A stretch of DNA of 64,000 bases from a virus (lineage: Duplodnaviria > Caudoviricetes). This document shows, in pieces, positions 28,601 through 38,372 of the stretch. The stretch is taken from positions 7,554-71,553 of the IMG/VR virus record IMGVR_UViG_3300020050_007888. The stretch is one strand, 5' to 3'. The notes beneath the pieces are model-generated. The model was not told where the DNA came from. It saw only the letters and a program-made list of their open reading frames with translations, and did no database searches. Every line of letters starts with the position of its first letter. Position 1 is the first letter of the stretch. Both the position numbers and the translations under genes were made by a program.

Positions 28601-31600
28601 TTAGAAGGTCGTATGGAGGCTGCAAGAGAGAGGGAGGAATTGCAGGCAAAGGTAGACGAGCAGGATTATGTTCGTGCAATGGAAATGGCTGAATCACTTA
28701 CAGACGCAGAAGTGGATCAGATGATGAAAGATTTAGACAATAACTTTCCTAAAACAGAGGAAGAAATAAATACATTCTATGAAGAAAACGGATTCCCAGA
28801 GGATGTTGTTGATCGAGAGATTGGCGACACTCCAAGCATTAAAGAGGCAGGCGAAGACCTCGAAGCCATCAGAAAAGACCTCGAAGAAAGAGAAAGAGAA
28901 AAATCAATAGCCCAGGCAAAAGATGACGTACTGCAAGCCAAGAAAGAGTTAGAGATAGAACGCAAGCGCGTTGATGAAATTCTCAAAGACGATCAGCAGG
29001 GTGATATATTTGGAAAGAAAGAAGCATCTCCATTAGATGTGCGTCCCGAGCAGAAGGCAAGAGAAAAAGCATTAAAGCAAGCACAAGACAAGTACGATGA
29101 TGCTGTAAAGAATCTCAAAAAAGTATCGCCTAAAGAAACTGTTGAATTAACGCCGGAACTGCCGAAGGAAGAAAAGCCTGTAGTAGAAGTTGGCGAACAA
29201 TCTGAGGTAGGCTCCAATGCTACATTTGAACATGCAGGACAATCAAAGAGAGGTGTCATCACGGAGATTACAGATACAGGATACATAATTGAGGATGGTA
29301 GCGGAAGAAAATTTCCGGTAAAGAAGGAGAAGGCGACGATTGTAGAGATGAAGCCTATTGAAACGCTGCAAGCAGAGGCTAAGGGGAATGAGTTTACAGA
29401 AATGTATGGTGCTGATTATTCACCAGGGGGAACTGTAGGTACTCAAGTTCCTGTTGGCGGTCAGCCCTCATATTCACCATCACAAACTGCTAATATTGTC
29501 AATGGTGGAGGAAGAGTGCCTGTTGATCCGATAAGGGGAGTGAAGCCCAAAAAACTCAGAGATATTGTTTTTGATGTTACAAGATCGCTAAGTTCAAGAT
29601 TAATATATTCTATGTCTGGCAGAAGAAAGGCATTAGGATCATATAGCCCATCGTCAGGTGGCATGAAAGTTAAATTTAACAACGACTTAGATACAATAGC
29701 GCATGAGTTAGGGCATCTTCTTGATGACAGGCACGGTATATTACCGGAGGCAGAGAAGAGTAGTAATTGGAGTACGATTGAGTCAGAGTTAATGCAGTTT
29801 AGTCAGCATGGAAGTAAGCCTCCATCTTCACTTAATGCGGCACAGGCAAAGCGATATACTCTTGGAGAAGGCGTGGCTGAATGGGTAAGAGCATATCTTG
29901 TAAATCCAATAGAGGCTAAACGTTTAGCACCGGAGTTTACAAAACTGTATGAAACACATATTCCATCAGAAGTAAAACAGAAAATATCTGACTTTGGAAC
30001 TGATATAAGAACTTTCGCAGGCGCAAGTGAACACGACATGATTATGTCAAATGTGCGTATGCAACCGGATGCGAAACAAAATTTTATCAGTTCATTATTA
30101 AAGCCTAAAAAAATTGGAGGGTCGGAATTTACAATAAGCCCACTTGATCGTCTTGCTGTAAACTTTTGGAACCCATTAAAAATAACAGACAAAGCCTTTA
30201 AAATAGCTACTGAATTGCATGGCAAGACCGCAAAAGATATTGCTTACGGCGACAACCCTCATATCCTTGCACGTCTGCTATTAGGTGCGGGAGAGAAGTT
30301 TATGGATTTTGTCAAGACCGGACTACGTGATGCTCAGGGAGAGTTGATTATAGACCCTGTTACCGGAGAGTATGTCAGTCTTGATTACATGCTTAAAGCA
30401 TTTGATTCTACTACTGAAGGAACATTGATGGCAGAAATGGAGCGAGCGGCTTCATATATGATAGCCGAACGTACCGTTGAACTGGCAAAAAGATTTGACA
30501 GGGAGTCTGGTTTATCTGGTATTGGCGGTGGCTTGGCTACAGACTTATCCGTGGCAAAAGGGAGGCTGTTAGAACACAATAATTCAAGCCCCGCTGAAAA
30601 AGCAAGGATTGAAGAGGCGACAAGAAGGTATCGCTTAATAGGTGATGCGACTCTTAGGTATATGGTTGAGAAGGGGCGTATGCACTACGATACTTATAAG
30701 TTAATTAAAGATAATAACTTGCAGTATGTTGCCATGAAAAGAATCATGGAAACAGAGCCAGGGGGAGATTACAACTTTGTTTTTAAATCCAGTTCAGGTA
30801 AATTAGGGATAAAAAAAGAAGTTGTAAAATCAATTCAAGGAAGCTATAAGACAATAGAGAACCCGTTCTCTTCCTTAATGGATGATATTTATAAAATAAC
30901 AAAGGAGTCTGATCGCAATGATTTTATGAGAGCCTTTGTTGAACCATTGTTTTCAAAGAGAGGTATGTATGATGGTACGGTAAAAGAGCTTGCCGACATT
31001 GGACAAGTTGTTCCTGAAGGTACTAAAAACTCTATAGTGGTTTATCTTGATGGCAACCCTGTTAGTTTTTTATTTCACCCTGATATTCACAAAGGACTTA
31101 CTGCATTTGATAACGTAATTAATTTACCTGGGGTTGTAACCGCGCTACCTAAATTACTACGATGGACTGTAACCCACTTTCCTGTATTTGCAGCTAAAAA
31201 CTGGATGAGGGACGTACAACAAAGAGTGATAGTTAGCGGGAGTGGCATCAAGACTTTGTTTGGAAATAAAATGGACCGCCATAATTTAGCGGCAGCGGGA
31301 GGATTGAACTCCGGTTTTTATTTCAGAGATCAATCCTATTATTATGATTTAATGGGAGAGGCGATTAGCCGTGTCTCTAAGCAGAATAATTCAATAGTAA
31401 TTAATCCTAAAAAATTCGGACGTTACTGGGATAAATACACGGACTTACTGCAATCTGCCGAAAGAGCAAATAGGATAGCTGAATACAGGTCAGCGTTTAA
31501 GCAGGCTAAAAAAGAGGGGCATAGTGATTATGATGCAAGCGTTTATGCTGCCTATAGATCAAGAGACTTGCTTGATTTTTCATTTCAAGGAGAGCAAATG

Positions 31601-32707
31601 AAATGGATTAATCAGATTATCCCATTTAGTAATGCAGCTATTCAGGGACTTAGAAAAGCGTCTTTAAGTGCTAAAGCAAATCCGAAAGCGTTTGCAGCAA
31701 GACTGGCTTTATACTCTGTTGTACCTACATTGGCAGAGTGGGCTTGGAATCATAAAGATAAAGAAACTGCACAAGAATACGAGAACCTGCCTTCCTATAA
31801 AAGAGACTTGTTCTATAATTTTAAAGTAGGAAATGTTTTTGTTTCGGTTCCTAAGCCCTATGAAATTTCATTGATGGGAGCAAGTGTAAGCAGGGGATTA
31901 AGCCAAATGAATGGTAATAAAAAAGCATTTGATGGTTATTCCGGTACTGTAGCACAATCAATGATGCCGTTTAATGAGTCTAATATTTTGGGACCAATGC
32001 AAACATTAGGCGAAGCTATTACCAATAAAGATTTATTCAGAGATCAGTATATAGTTCCTGTATATGAAGAGAACTTAGATATGAGATTTCGTCATACAAA
32101 CAGAAGTAGTAGAGTAGGACAGCTAACTTCAAAGGGATTAGACGCAATTGATATTGAGGTCGACCCAAGAAAGATAGATTTTGTTATTAAAGACTTGTTT
32201 TCGTATTTTGGTAAAACAGGATTGAAGCTGTCTGACTTGGGTAAAGGCTCAGGAACAAATAAATTTGATGTTACGGATATTGGATTTTTAACATTGCCGC
32301 CAGGTCCTACAAGTAAAGCATACATGGATTTGCAAGAGTATGCTAAAAAAAATAATTTAATTCGTAGTAAGGACTACAAAGACATTTCGGCACTAATAAC
32401 TGATTATTACAATGCTGACAACGATGGTAAAGAAAGAATAGGGAAACAAATAATTAATGAGTCTAAGGCATTATTAGAAAAATTTGAAGAGCAGGGTAAG
32501 GAATTAGGGGACTTCTATGATTTAAAATCAGACGCAATTAAATATGAACTCACTAAAGATGATGATTATCAGAAGTTGTTAGACAAAGTTTCCTCATATA
32601 AAAAGGATAAGTCGCCGGAAAAACTAAAAAAGATAGAAGAAAGAACAAGTAAACTTCGTGATAAGTGGTCCGCTAAGGGGTATGAGCCTTCAGATTCGGA
32701 GAATTAA
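25682..32707 (+). CDS. Giant internal virion (polyvalent-type) protein with a zincin-like HExGH domain and an LPD38-like C-terminal region
   Basis: 2341 aa; TIAHELGHLLD...EGVAEWVRAY; C-terminal SRDLLDFS...QIIPFSNAAIQG...KRDLFYNF...VPKPYE; P/E/V-rich linker. Confidence 0.7.
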   Translation: MGKKRTFRIDNDIVDIPVEEVDVFLKEVPSAKEVQSFLIDKDTVDIPIEEVEVFKSEVPDAKPLFTEDADTTDAPMTPPMATGRDNPDEDLPSVTLEEGGEVSPVVKIDKKMRDVFVDHATKLPDNIKLDGTRSNIFISQFSKRTGVDKRALRKIFNEGIMADEQFKQLQKQYEQDPDNTDVLYQIGGLLNVLGRHDLAYEAYDALEGKLYKKGVEEYSDPNNPNKRPDYVQQRQLPAIAGMAYTEELRGNKDNAQRLKKIAEQYGYSGQEFTSVGDGSYQQPTNPTPSTYGFSGKKGGDSLPTKESEYLNMIADGVGQVTLIKPMSEMVSHGLDKVAKGLNAPPSSATEGIGIPSANRTLNLVTGLVETAMGVAGMTTPAGAVFGLPFMQVQNSLPPDVVEWMMPVSKTIQEYYKQQGQEVPDWATNVAVLSDFAVMAGLLHGVGSAGQETLAKAKSNAIGKQVGKLMSDMPLEEVSQTLNHIEGKIQELGGVEQYVAERTKVLPEIAKRAEEIKQDIKLEQDSQIEVEPYEPTPQPNSLATVKDGTSVMMDGKEGIIERGDDGTWYFLDDEGKSTQIKVEDKYNPTEPLTELGIQVMPEVSPQQIARAMADAERVGDTNYKGKEYFVSIDRVGNENPNGDFVLRRMPDGTLKDVFDSHPDPKFAKERKLAIINQFLAEKGLPSRKKLTEVGKKAAEKPAEPVVEEIVEPIAEKPIEPIVEEPIIAEPAKPEPIKEAPPVEAEGIAATEDAVTPEVVKKASKPKEETNRNTVLSDVDKYNSLPKKERQTVGANLFAKIKSEGKKLGWDVSYNDKGDIIMLNKKGKRQKKSPVKMTEDERNIKLERQKNWREAMGASPVDIRHGVLQFLLRGGSFNYKALDAYVGYKNPSEYPAFIRSEKGMAMDDFYTLLKEDMPELERMDDHEFGNLVGDVISEFGDRTSMHDAILEYAGEGSEWRNSGLGFESKEHYLRDLEGRMEAAREREELQAKVDEQDYVRAMEMAESLTDAEVDQMMKDLDNNFPKTEEEINTFYEENGFPEDVVDREIGDTPSIKEAGEDLEAIRKDLEEREREKSIAQAKDDVLQAKKELEIERKRVDEILKDDQQGDIFGKKEASPLDVRPEQKAREKALKQAQDKYDDAVKNLKKVSPKETVELTPELPKEEKPVVEVGEQSEVGSNATFEHAGQSKRGVITEITDTGYIIEDGSGRKFPVKKEKATIVEMKPIETLQAEAKGNEFTEMYGADYSPGGTVGTQVPVGGQPSYSPSQTANIVNGGGRVPVDPIRGVKPKKLRDIVFDVTRSLSSRLIYSMSGRRKALGSYSPSSGGMKVKFNNDLDTIAHELGHLLDDRHGILPEAEKSSNWSTIESELMQFSQHGSKPPSSLNAAQAKRYTLGEGVAEWVRAYLVNPIEAKRLAPEFTKLYETHIPSEVKQKISDFGTDIRTFAGASEHDMIMSNVRMQPDAKQNFISSLLKPKKIGGSEFTISPLDRLAVNFWNPLKITDKAFKIATELHGKTAKDIAYGDNPHILARLLLGAGEKFMDFVKTGLRDAQGELIIDPVTGEYVSLDYMLKAFDSTTEGTLMAEMERAASYMIAERTVELAKRFDRESGLSGIGGGLATDLSVAKGRLLEHNNSSPAEKARIEEATRRYRLIGDATLRYMVEKGRMHYDTYKLIKDNNLQYVAMKRIMETEPGGDYNFVFKSSSGKLGIKKEVVKSIQGSYKTIENPFSSLMDDIYKITKESDRNDFMRAFVEPLFSKRGMYDGTVKELADIGQVVPEGTKNSIVVYLDGNPVSFLFHPDIHKGLTAFDNVINLPGVVTALPKLLRWTVTHFPVFAAKNWMRDVQQRVIVSGSGIKTLFGNKMDRHNLAAAGGLNSGFYFRDQSYYYDLMGEAISRVSKQNNSIVINPKKFGRYWDKYTDLLQSAERANRIAEYRSAFKQAKKEGHSDYDASVYAAYRSRDLLDFSFQGEQMKWINQIIPFSNAAIQGLRKASLSAKANPKAFAARLALYSVVPTLAEWAWNHKDKETAQEYENLPSYKRDLFYNFKVGNVFVSVPKPYEISLMGASVSRGLSQMNGNKKAFDGYSGTVAQSMMPFNESNILGPMQTLGEAITNKDLFRDQYIVPVYEENLDMRFRHTNRSSRVGQLTSKGLDAIDIEVDPRKIDFVIKDLFSYFGKTGLKLSDLGKGSGTNKFDVTDIGFLTLPPGPTSKAYMDLQEYAKKNNLIRSKDYKDISALITDYYNADNDGKERIGKQIINESKALLEKFEEQGKELGDFYDLKSDAIKYELTKDDDYQKLLDKVSSYKKDKSPEKLKKIEERTSKLRDKWSAKGYEPSDSEN

Positions 32708-32755
32708 TTTCCTCTACCCTTAAATACAAATCAAAAACACTATAATTTAGCACCA

Positions 32756-33295
32756 ATGGGACAGACAGTAATATTAACGGCTACTAACTATGGTGGGCTT
32801 GTATCGGGAAAGAATTACAAGATGGGTAACTTTTGTTTTAATTATCCTGTAACCGAAACTGTTTTTGAGATAACTATACAAGATGGCAGTAATATAATTC
32901 AGGCATCTGAAGGGTTTCTATCGCTCCTCCCAAGTAACGGTGTGTCAAACAAGCCCATTTATCCATTTATAGCATCTGTCAACGGCATGATCTACGAAAT
33001 AGATTATGTCATTGATGATAACAATGCCGTATTAAAGCAAACCTGCACAGCAGATAAAGTGCAGGGCGGGGCTTTTTATGGCATCTTATTAACTCCCGAC
33101 ACGCCTTCTTTAAGGCATACCTATCTTGCAGCTACAGGTTTTACTCCTGCTAAAGCGGTAGTTTGTTACAACAAATATTCAGCCTTAACAATAGATGTTA
33201 GCCCAACGATGAAGGAGGACTTTTTTAGTGAGCCATTTGCAATAGACCTTCTTACAGGCAGTGGGGCGCAAACAGTAATGACATTAATTTATTAA
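32756..33295 (+). CDS. Hypothetical protein (tandem paralogue 1)
   Basis: Aligns by eye with 33308..33868. Confidence 0.6.
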   Translation: MGQTVILTATNYGGLVSGKNYKMGNFCFNYPVTETVFEITIQDGSNIIQASEGFLSLLPSNGVSNKPIYPFIASVNGMIYEIDYVIDDNNAVLKQTCTADKVQGGAFYGILLTPDTPSLRHTYLAATGFTPAKAVVCYNKYSALTIDVSPTMKEDFFSEPFAIDLLTGSGAQTVMTLIY

Positions 33296-33307
33296 GCTCA
33301 GAAGACA

Positions 33308-33868
33308 ATGACAAATCTAATTATAACAGACTCTAATTATCAGGCGGTAAATAATCAGGTGTATTCCACAGGCGGTAATTATGCCTGCAACTATCCCGTT
33401 TATCAGGGATGGACAGGGAATACCATTGATAGTGTCGCAGGAGATTATTTTATAACGGCATCAGGTGGACTCTTAGACCTTATTGCAGGAGGCTATGAAA
33501 ATGGCAATACGCCTGCGTATCGGTACATAGTGTGTAGGACAGGTGAAATATTTGAACTTGACTATATTATTAGCGACACTTCTGCAAAGCTAAAACAGCC
33601 TGCTGCTTATGGTAATAATGGCATGGACGCATTCGTAGTTGATTACAGAGCGCAACCTGTAGTGAGGGAAACACTTTTAATGGATATTGGATCAGGCGGG
33701 TTCGGGCTTGCTGCTGTACAGGTATTTTTAGTATCAGGACTAAATCAAATAGACGTATCGCCTAACTACGATACAACGATGGGATCAGAGCCGTTTTTGG
33801 TTGATATTATTACCCCTGGCGGGAATCAATTAGGAGTAAACATAATCTTTGAATCATATAATACATAG
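33308..33868 (+). CDS. Hypothetical protein (tandem paralogue 2)
   Basis: Shares NYPV, ASxGxLxL, GxIxExDYxIxD, LKQ, IDVSP and SEPFxxDxxT with the upstream gene. Confidence 0.6.
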   Translation: MTNLIITDSNYQAVNNQVYSTGGNYACNYPVYQGWTGNTIDSVAGDYFITASGGLLDLIAGGYENGNTPAYRYIVCRTGEIFELDYIISDTSAKLKQPAAYGNNGMDAFVVDYRAQPVVRETLLMDIGSGGFGLAAVQVFLVSGLNQIDVSPNYDTTMGSEPFLVDIITPGGNQLGVNIIFESYNT

Positions 33869-33904
33869 TAATATCAAGATAAGAATTATCCCAATGCAAC
33901 ACAG

Positions 33905-36900
33905 ATGAAAAATATAATAAAAACCCTATTTACGCTCACAGCCGTTATGATTATGACGGCTGTTTGTGCATTAGCACAGATCACACCATCGGTGTACTAC
34001 ACTTTCGACTTAGCAAATCCTCTTGCGCCGGCGACAGGAGCAACCAACCTGAACCCAACAGGGGCATACACTATTAACTCAGGTGGGCTTGTTGAAAGCT
34101 ATGTGACTGTCAACAGGGCTGTCAACCAAGCGTTGATCGGGCAACAGGTATCTGTCACCAATCAGATAACAGTAGAGTTCCTTTGGAAGCCAGAATATGG
34201 GTGGGACGAGAATAGAGACCCGATACTATTTAGTATAGGCAATGTATATGCGCTGTTTAAATGGCCGGAGATATGGTGGTACACTACTACAAATGGAGTA
34301 GAGGATAATTTTAGGATAGACCTTCAGCGTTATGGCAGAGGGTCATGGTCATACTATGCAAAGAACTGGCATCACTTGGTATTTAGTTTCAATGCTGCGT
34401 CAGGGTCAAAGCAGTTGTTTGTGGACGGCTTCTGTCCTGCGGGATTCAACAAAGGCATAGCAGGTGGAACTATTACAGGAGGCACAGCACAAGCGATATA
34501 CTTAGGAGACAATACTTCATTCCGTAACGGTAGTTTTAGCTTTGATGAGGTAGCGGTGTACAATCAAGCTATGGCAGCTAATCAGGTGTACAAGCACTAT
34601 CAGGATGCGCTTTCAGGGAATCACTATACACTATCAACAGCAACGCCACCGGCAACACCGTCTGTTACCGCACCGTTGGATGTTCTTGAGTTCCCTATAG
34701 GGTATGTTCTTGGAAGCACAACAAGTAGCGGGGTGGCTACATCAGCATATCAGCAGATGCGAACATTCCCCCGACCTCGGTACAGGATAGGAACCGATGC
34801 ACCAAAGAACTTCAACTGGATGCAGCTTGACTACATGGGAGGGAACTATCAGCCCGACTACACCAATGCTATGATGCGGGACACTTCCGCTGCTATGAAT
34901 ATTGAACTTGCTACCAATTGGAATCATTACTTCTTGGTGAACGGTAACTTCAACTCTACAGATTACACTGATACGACAACGTGGGAAGGCAGGATGGTGG
35001 CAATAAGTAATCGTAACAAGCAGTTCAAGACTGGAATCATCAGCCTTTACAATCAACTTAACCCAAGAGATTTCTTTCCGTTTTGGCAGAATCAGGATTA
35101 CTTCAGGAGTCAGAACTGCCCCGCAAACAACTACATCAACAACGGATCAGGAGGATTCTATCAGCCCAACGGTAGTGTAGGGTCGTTCAGATACCGTTCA
35201 CCGGCATCACCACTTGACAGTATTAAGATTGACGCATCGACATTCAGAAGGAAGTTTCAGTTCTTGGCGAATGCTATGACAGATACGCTTGATCTTATCA
35301 ACGATAATGATGAGGTGCTAACATACTTTGATTCAACGGTACTACGTCAGGACCCTGCAATCATAGCAGGTATGGCAGGTGCGGGGTTTGGTAACGCTAA
35401 TCAGTACGCCTCTTTTAAGTTTGCGAATATGTGGGAGGTGATTAAGGACAGTATAAAGAGTATTCCTGCGTTCGATTCTACAGGATTCACTGTTTACATC
35501 ATCGAAGGACTGGATGGAAGTGTAGCGTTTCAAGGAGGTATTGTTTCAAGATACCTGCTTAGTAAGTACAAGGAAGTCAACGAAGACCCTGTGTTCGGGG
35601 CAACGACAACTTTTAGTTTCTACCCGCGCTATCCGTGGAACTGGCGATACTGGACAGGTGCATGGGTAGGGCTTCAGCCGTTCTATGAATCACGGACAGT
35701 AGAGACGAATACAAACATTAAGTACACCACTCCATTTGTTGCCTGCGGATGGAATGTAAATGAAGAGCTTAATATGCGTCCTGCGCAATGGCTTGGCATA
35801 CTCAAGGTGCTTGGCATGACAGGATCGAGAATGTTCTACTCCGGCTATTTCAATGAGGCGTTTGACTATAATCCACCTAATCCTCCACCCGCTAACCCGA
35901 AAGGGTATGTATGGCAGGCGGTAATGCCGGCGTATGCGCAGTCAGCTTGTGATTGGGTGATGGACAACACCTATGGCAATGATACGCTAATGGCAGGAGA
36001 TGTGCCTATCAACTATCAGTCTCCGGTATCAGCAGGATGGAGATTCTATTCCGGCTCAGAAGAGATACAGACTATCATCCGTAAGCGTACCGGTAGCGAG
36101 CAGTACGCAATAGCAACAGCCTATGTGAACTCCTCTAATATGTCAGGGGCAACACCTCTCACAGACACAGCAGTATTTATATTAGCAGGAAAAGAAATTC
36201 AACTTCAGACAAGGAGACAGGGTAGCGTATATTGCTTGGACCTGAATAAAGACACCGCAGTTATCATTCAGTATGACGGCTGGCATCAGTATGAGCATCC
36301 TCAGCGTTGGTCACAAGACTTATATGTAGAAGCAGAGCACTATGGAAAGTATATCTCGGAAGAAGAAGACGTGCGAACAATACCTTATCAGTCTTCAGCT
36401 TCCTCTAACCTTTCATTCTTCAATACCACCACCTTCCTTACGTGGAGAGATAGCGCGTCATACAGCAGAGATACACTGAGCTATCAGGTGAATATACCTT
36501 CAGACACTACGCTATGGCTATGGGTACGTGCAAGGAGTTTGAACGGTACATCGGCAGGATTCTCAGCCCGAATGGATAACACAGGGGCGTTCACGCAGAA
36601 CAATATTGTAGATACAGCCTTTAAATGGTACAGAATTGATGGCAGCTTAGATACAATGAAGTGGGTGACTGTAGCGGATGGGTTTCATACTTTAAAACTA
36701 TACCCGACATCAGCACGGACGGAAATAGATCAGTTCTTGCTTACCAACAATAGGAATACAATTCTACCAGAAGGAGTGCCTGGGACATCTGACCCATGCA
36801 CAACAGCGTTCGTACCTACCGTATCTCCGTCTGGACCCGTCACTCAATGTGGTGGCACAGTAGTACTCCTTGCAAGCGCAGCCAACAACTACGTATGGAG

Positions 36901-38335
36901 TACGGGAGCGACAACGCAAAGTTTGACCGTATCTACATCGGGCAGTTATACAGTGACAGCAACCAACGGAGCAGGATGTACCGGAACAAGCGCAGCGGTT
37001 GTTGTAACAATCAACCCTTCGATCAGTTCAAGCATAAGTTCAACGGCAGATATTTACTGCGGGACCAATATCACTCTGACTTCATCGCCGGCTACTTCTT
37101 ATCTGTGGAGTACGGGAGCGACCACATCGACTATCTCTGTTACATCAGGCACGTTTACCGTTACTGTAACGAACGCAAGCGGGTGCACAGCATCATCATC
37201 TAAGGTGATTGCAGCAGGAGCACTACCAACAGCGAGTATTAGTCCCGCAGGAACAACGACTCAGTGCGGAGGAACGGTAGTGCTCACGGCAAGTCCGAAT
37301 ACCTCTTACTTATGGAGCACCGGTGCGGCTACTCAATCTATCACCGCATCATCGGGAACCTATACTGTAACGGTGACAAGTGCTACAGGGTGTACGGCTA
37401 CAAGTGCTGCCTCAACGGTGGATATAAACACCCCAATCACGGCAATCATTAATCCTCCTTCGGCACAGACCTGTGGCGGGAACGTGACATTAACAGCAAC
37501 TTCAGCTACATCGTACCTATGGAGTACCGGCGCAACGACACAGAGTATCAGTCAGGGCGCGGGAACATATACCGTGACTGTAACAAGCGCGGATGGTTGT
37601 ACGGATGATGCTTCAGCAACTATTACCACAGCAGCGGCAGCAACGGCTACTATCACGCCTAACGGAAGCGTATCGCAATGTGACGGAACTGTTACCTTAA
37701 CATCATCGGCGGGATCGGGCTACCTGTGGAGTAACGGGGCAACAACCTCAACTATCAACGCATCGACAGGAACATATCGCGTAACCGTTACAACGGTAAG
37801 CGGATGTACCGCTGTTAGTGCTGCAACAGTAGTCACAATCAATGCAAGTCCTACTGCATCTATCACCGGAAGTACGGCTATCTGTCAGGGAAGCACATCT
37901 ACTCTAACAGCAAGCGGAGGTGGCACATACCTATGGAGTACAGGAGCAACGACTACTTCGATCACAACAGCGACCGCAGGAACATTCACTGTAACTGTTA
38001 CTTCAAGTAGTGGCTGTACTGATACTGATAATGAGACTGTTACAGTTCAAGTATGTAACTGCGTGGAGTCGGATACATTGTATCCATCTCAGATAGGAAG
38101 GTTCAGGGCAATAGTGAATTGGGGTGCTGTTCCAACGGCAACGCATTACATCTTAACCGTGACCGATCAGAGTGATACTACTAAGACGCAAACGCTGACA
38201 TGGGGATCGAATACTACACAGGTGCTTGTAAAATTCCTTACGCCATCGACTACTTATAAGGTGACGCTGGCTCCGTACTGTGGTATCGCGGATGCAACGG
38301 AGTCTGTTATGTATTTTAGTACACTTCGACCGTAA
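33905..38335 (+). CDS. Signal-peptide protein with a LamG/ConA-like domain, six Ig-like YxWSxGAxT repeats and a C-terminal FN3-like domain
   Basis: MKNIIKTLFTLTAVMIMTAVCALA|Q; WHHLVFSF...QLFVDG...FDEVAVYNQAM (LamG); repeats; AIVNWGAV...FLTPSTTYKVTL (FN3). Confidence 0.8.
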   Translation: MKNIIKTLFTLTAVMIMTAVCALAQITPSVYYTFDLANPLAPATGATNLNPTGAYTINSGGLVESYVTVNRAVNQALIGQQVSVTNQITVEFLWKPEYGWDENRDPILFSIGNVYALFKWPEIWWYTTTNGVEDNFRIDLQRYGRGSWSYYAKNWHHLVFSFNAASGSKQLFVDGFCPAGFNKGIAGGTITGGTAQAIYLGDNTSFRNGSFSFDEVAVYNQAMAANQVYKHYQDALSGNHYTLSTATPPATPSVTAPLDVLEFPIGYVLGSTTSSGVATSAYQQMRTFPRPRYRIGTDAPKNFNWMQLDYMGGNYQPDYTNAMMRDTSAAMNIELATNWNHYFLVNGNFNSTDYTDTTTWEGRMVAISNRNKQFKTGIISLYNQLNPRDFFPFWQNQDYFRSQNCPANNYINNGSGGFYQPNGSVGSFRYRSPASPLDSIKIDASTFRRKFQFLANAMTDTLDLINDNDEVLTYFDSTVLRQDPAIIAGMAGAGFGNANQYASFKFANMWEVIKDSIKSIPAFDSTGFTVYIIEGLDGSVAFQGGIVSRYLLSKYKEVNEDPVFGATTTFSFYPRYPWNWRYWTGAWVGLQPFYESRTVETNTNIKYTTPFVACGWNVNEELNMRPAQWLGILKVLGMTGSRMFYSGYFNEAFDYNPPNPPPANPKGYVWQAVMPAYAQSACDWVMDNTYGNDTLMAGDVPINYQSPVSAGWRFYSGSEEIQTIIRKRTGSEQYAIATAYVNSSNMSGATPLTDTAVFILAGKEIQLQTRRQGSVYCLDLNKDTAVIIQYDGWHQYEHPQRWSQDLYVEAEHYGKYISEEEDVRTIPYQSSASSNLSFFNTTTFLTWRDSASYSRDTLSYQVNIPSDTTLWLWVRARSLNGTSAGFSARMDNTGAFTQNNIVDTAFKWYRIDGSLDTMKWVTVADGFHTLKLYPTSARTEIDQFLLTNNRNTILPEGVPGTSDPCTTAFVPTVSPSGPVTQCGGTVVLLASAANNYVWSTGATTQSLTVSTSGSYTVTATNGAGCTGTSAAVVVTINPSISSSISSTADIYCGTNITLTSSPATSYLWSTGATTSTISVTSGTFTVTVTNASGCTASSSKVIAAGALPTASISPAGTTTQCGGTVVLTASPNTSYLWSTGAATQSITASSGTYTVTVTSATGCTATSAASTVDINTPITAIINPPSAQTCGGNVTLTATSATSYLWSTGATTQSISQGAGTYTVTVTSADGCTDDASATITTAAAATATITPNGSVSQCDGTVTLTSSAGSGYLWSNGATTSTINASTGTYRVTVTTVSGCTAVSAATVVTINASPTASITGSTAICQGSTSTLTASGGGTYLWSTGATTTSITTATAGTFTVTVTSSSGCTDTDNETVTVQVCNCVESDTLYPSQIGRFRAIVNWGAVPTATHYILTVTDQSDTTKTQTLTWGSNTTQVLVKFLTPSTTYKVTLAPYCGIADATESVMYFSTLRP
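36800..38040 (+). repeat. Six tandem coding repeats of about 75 aa (approximate bounds)
   Basis: YVWSTGATT, YLWSTGATT, YLWSTGAAT, YLWSTGATT, YLWSNGATT and YLWSTGATT, each followed by GxY/FTVT...GC. Confidence 0.85.
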
Positions 38336-38372
38336 ATTAATTGGTTACAACAACAATAAAACCCAACAAACT

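Noticed and set aside
25214-30579. Minus-strand track ORFs such as 25214..25657, 27706..28023 and 29803..30225
   Set aside because: These are Ser/Phe-rich antisense shadows of charged plus-strand genes, with no motifs or leaders.
25682-32707. Virion RNA polymerase as in Crassvirales
   Set aside because: No DxDGD or DFDxD-type catalytic motif was recognised; the visible motifs are zincin-like and LPD38-like.
36800-38040. DGR template/variable repeats or a CRISPR-like array
   Set aside because: The repeats are in-frame protein domains diverging at all codon positions; no reverse transcriptase, cas genes or constant repeat-spacer pattern was seen in the window.
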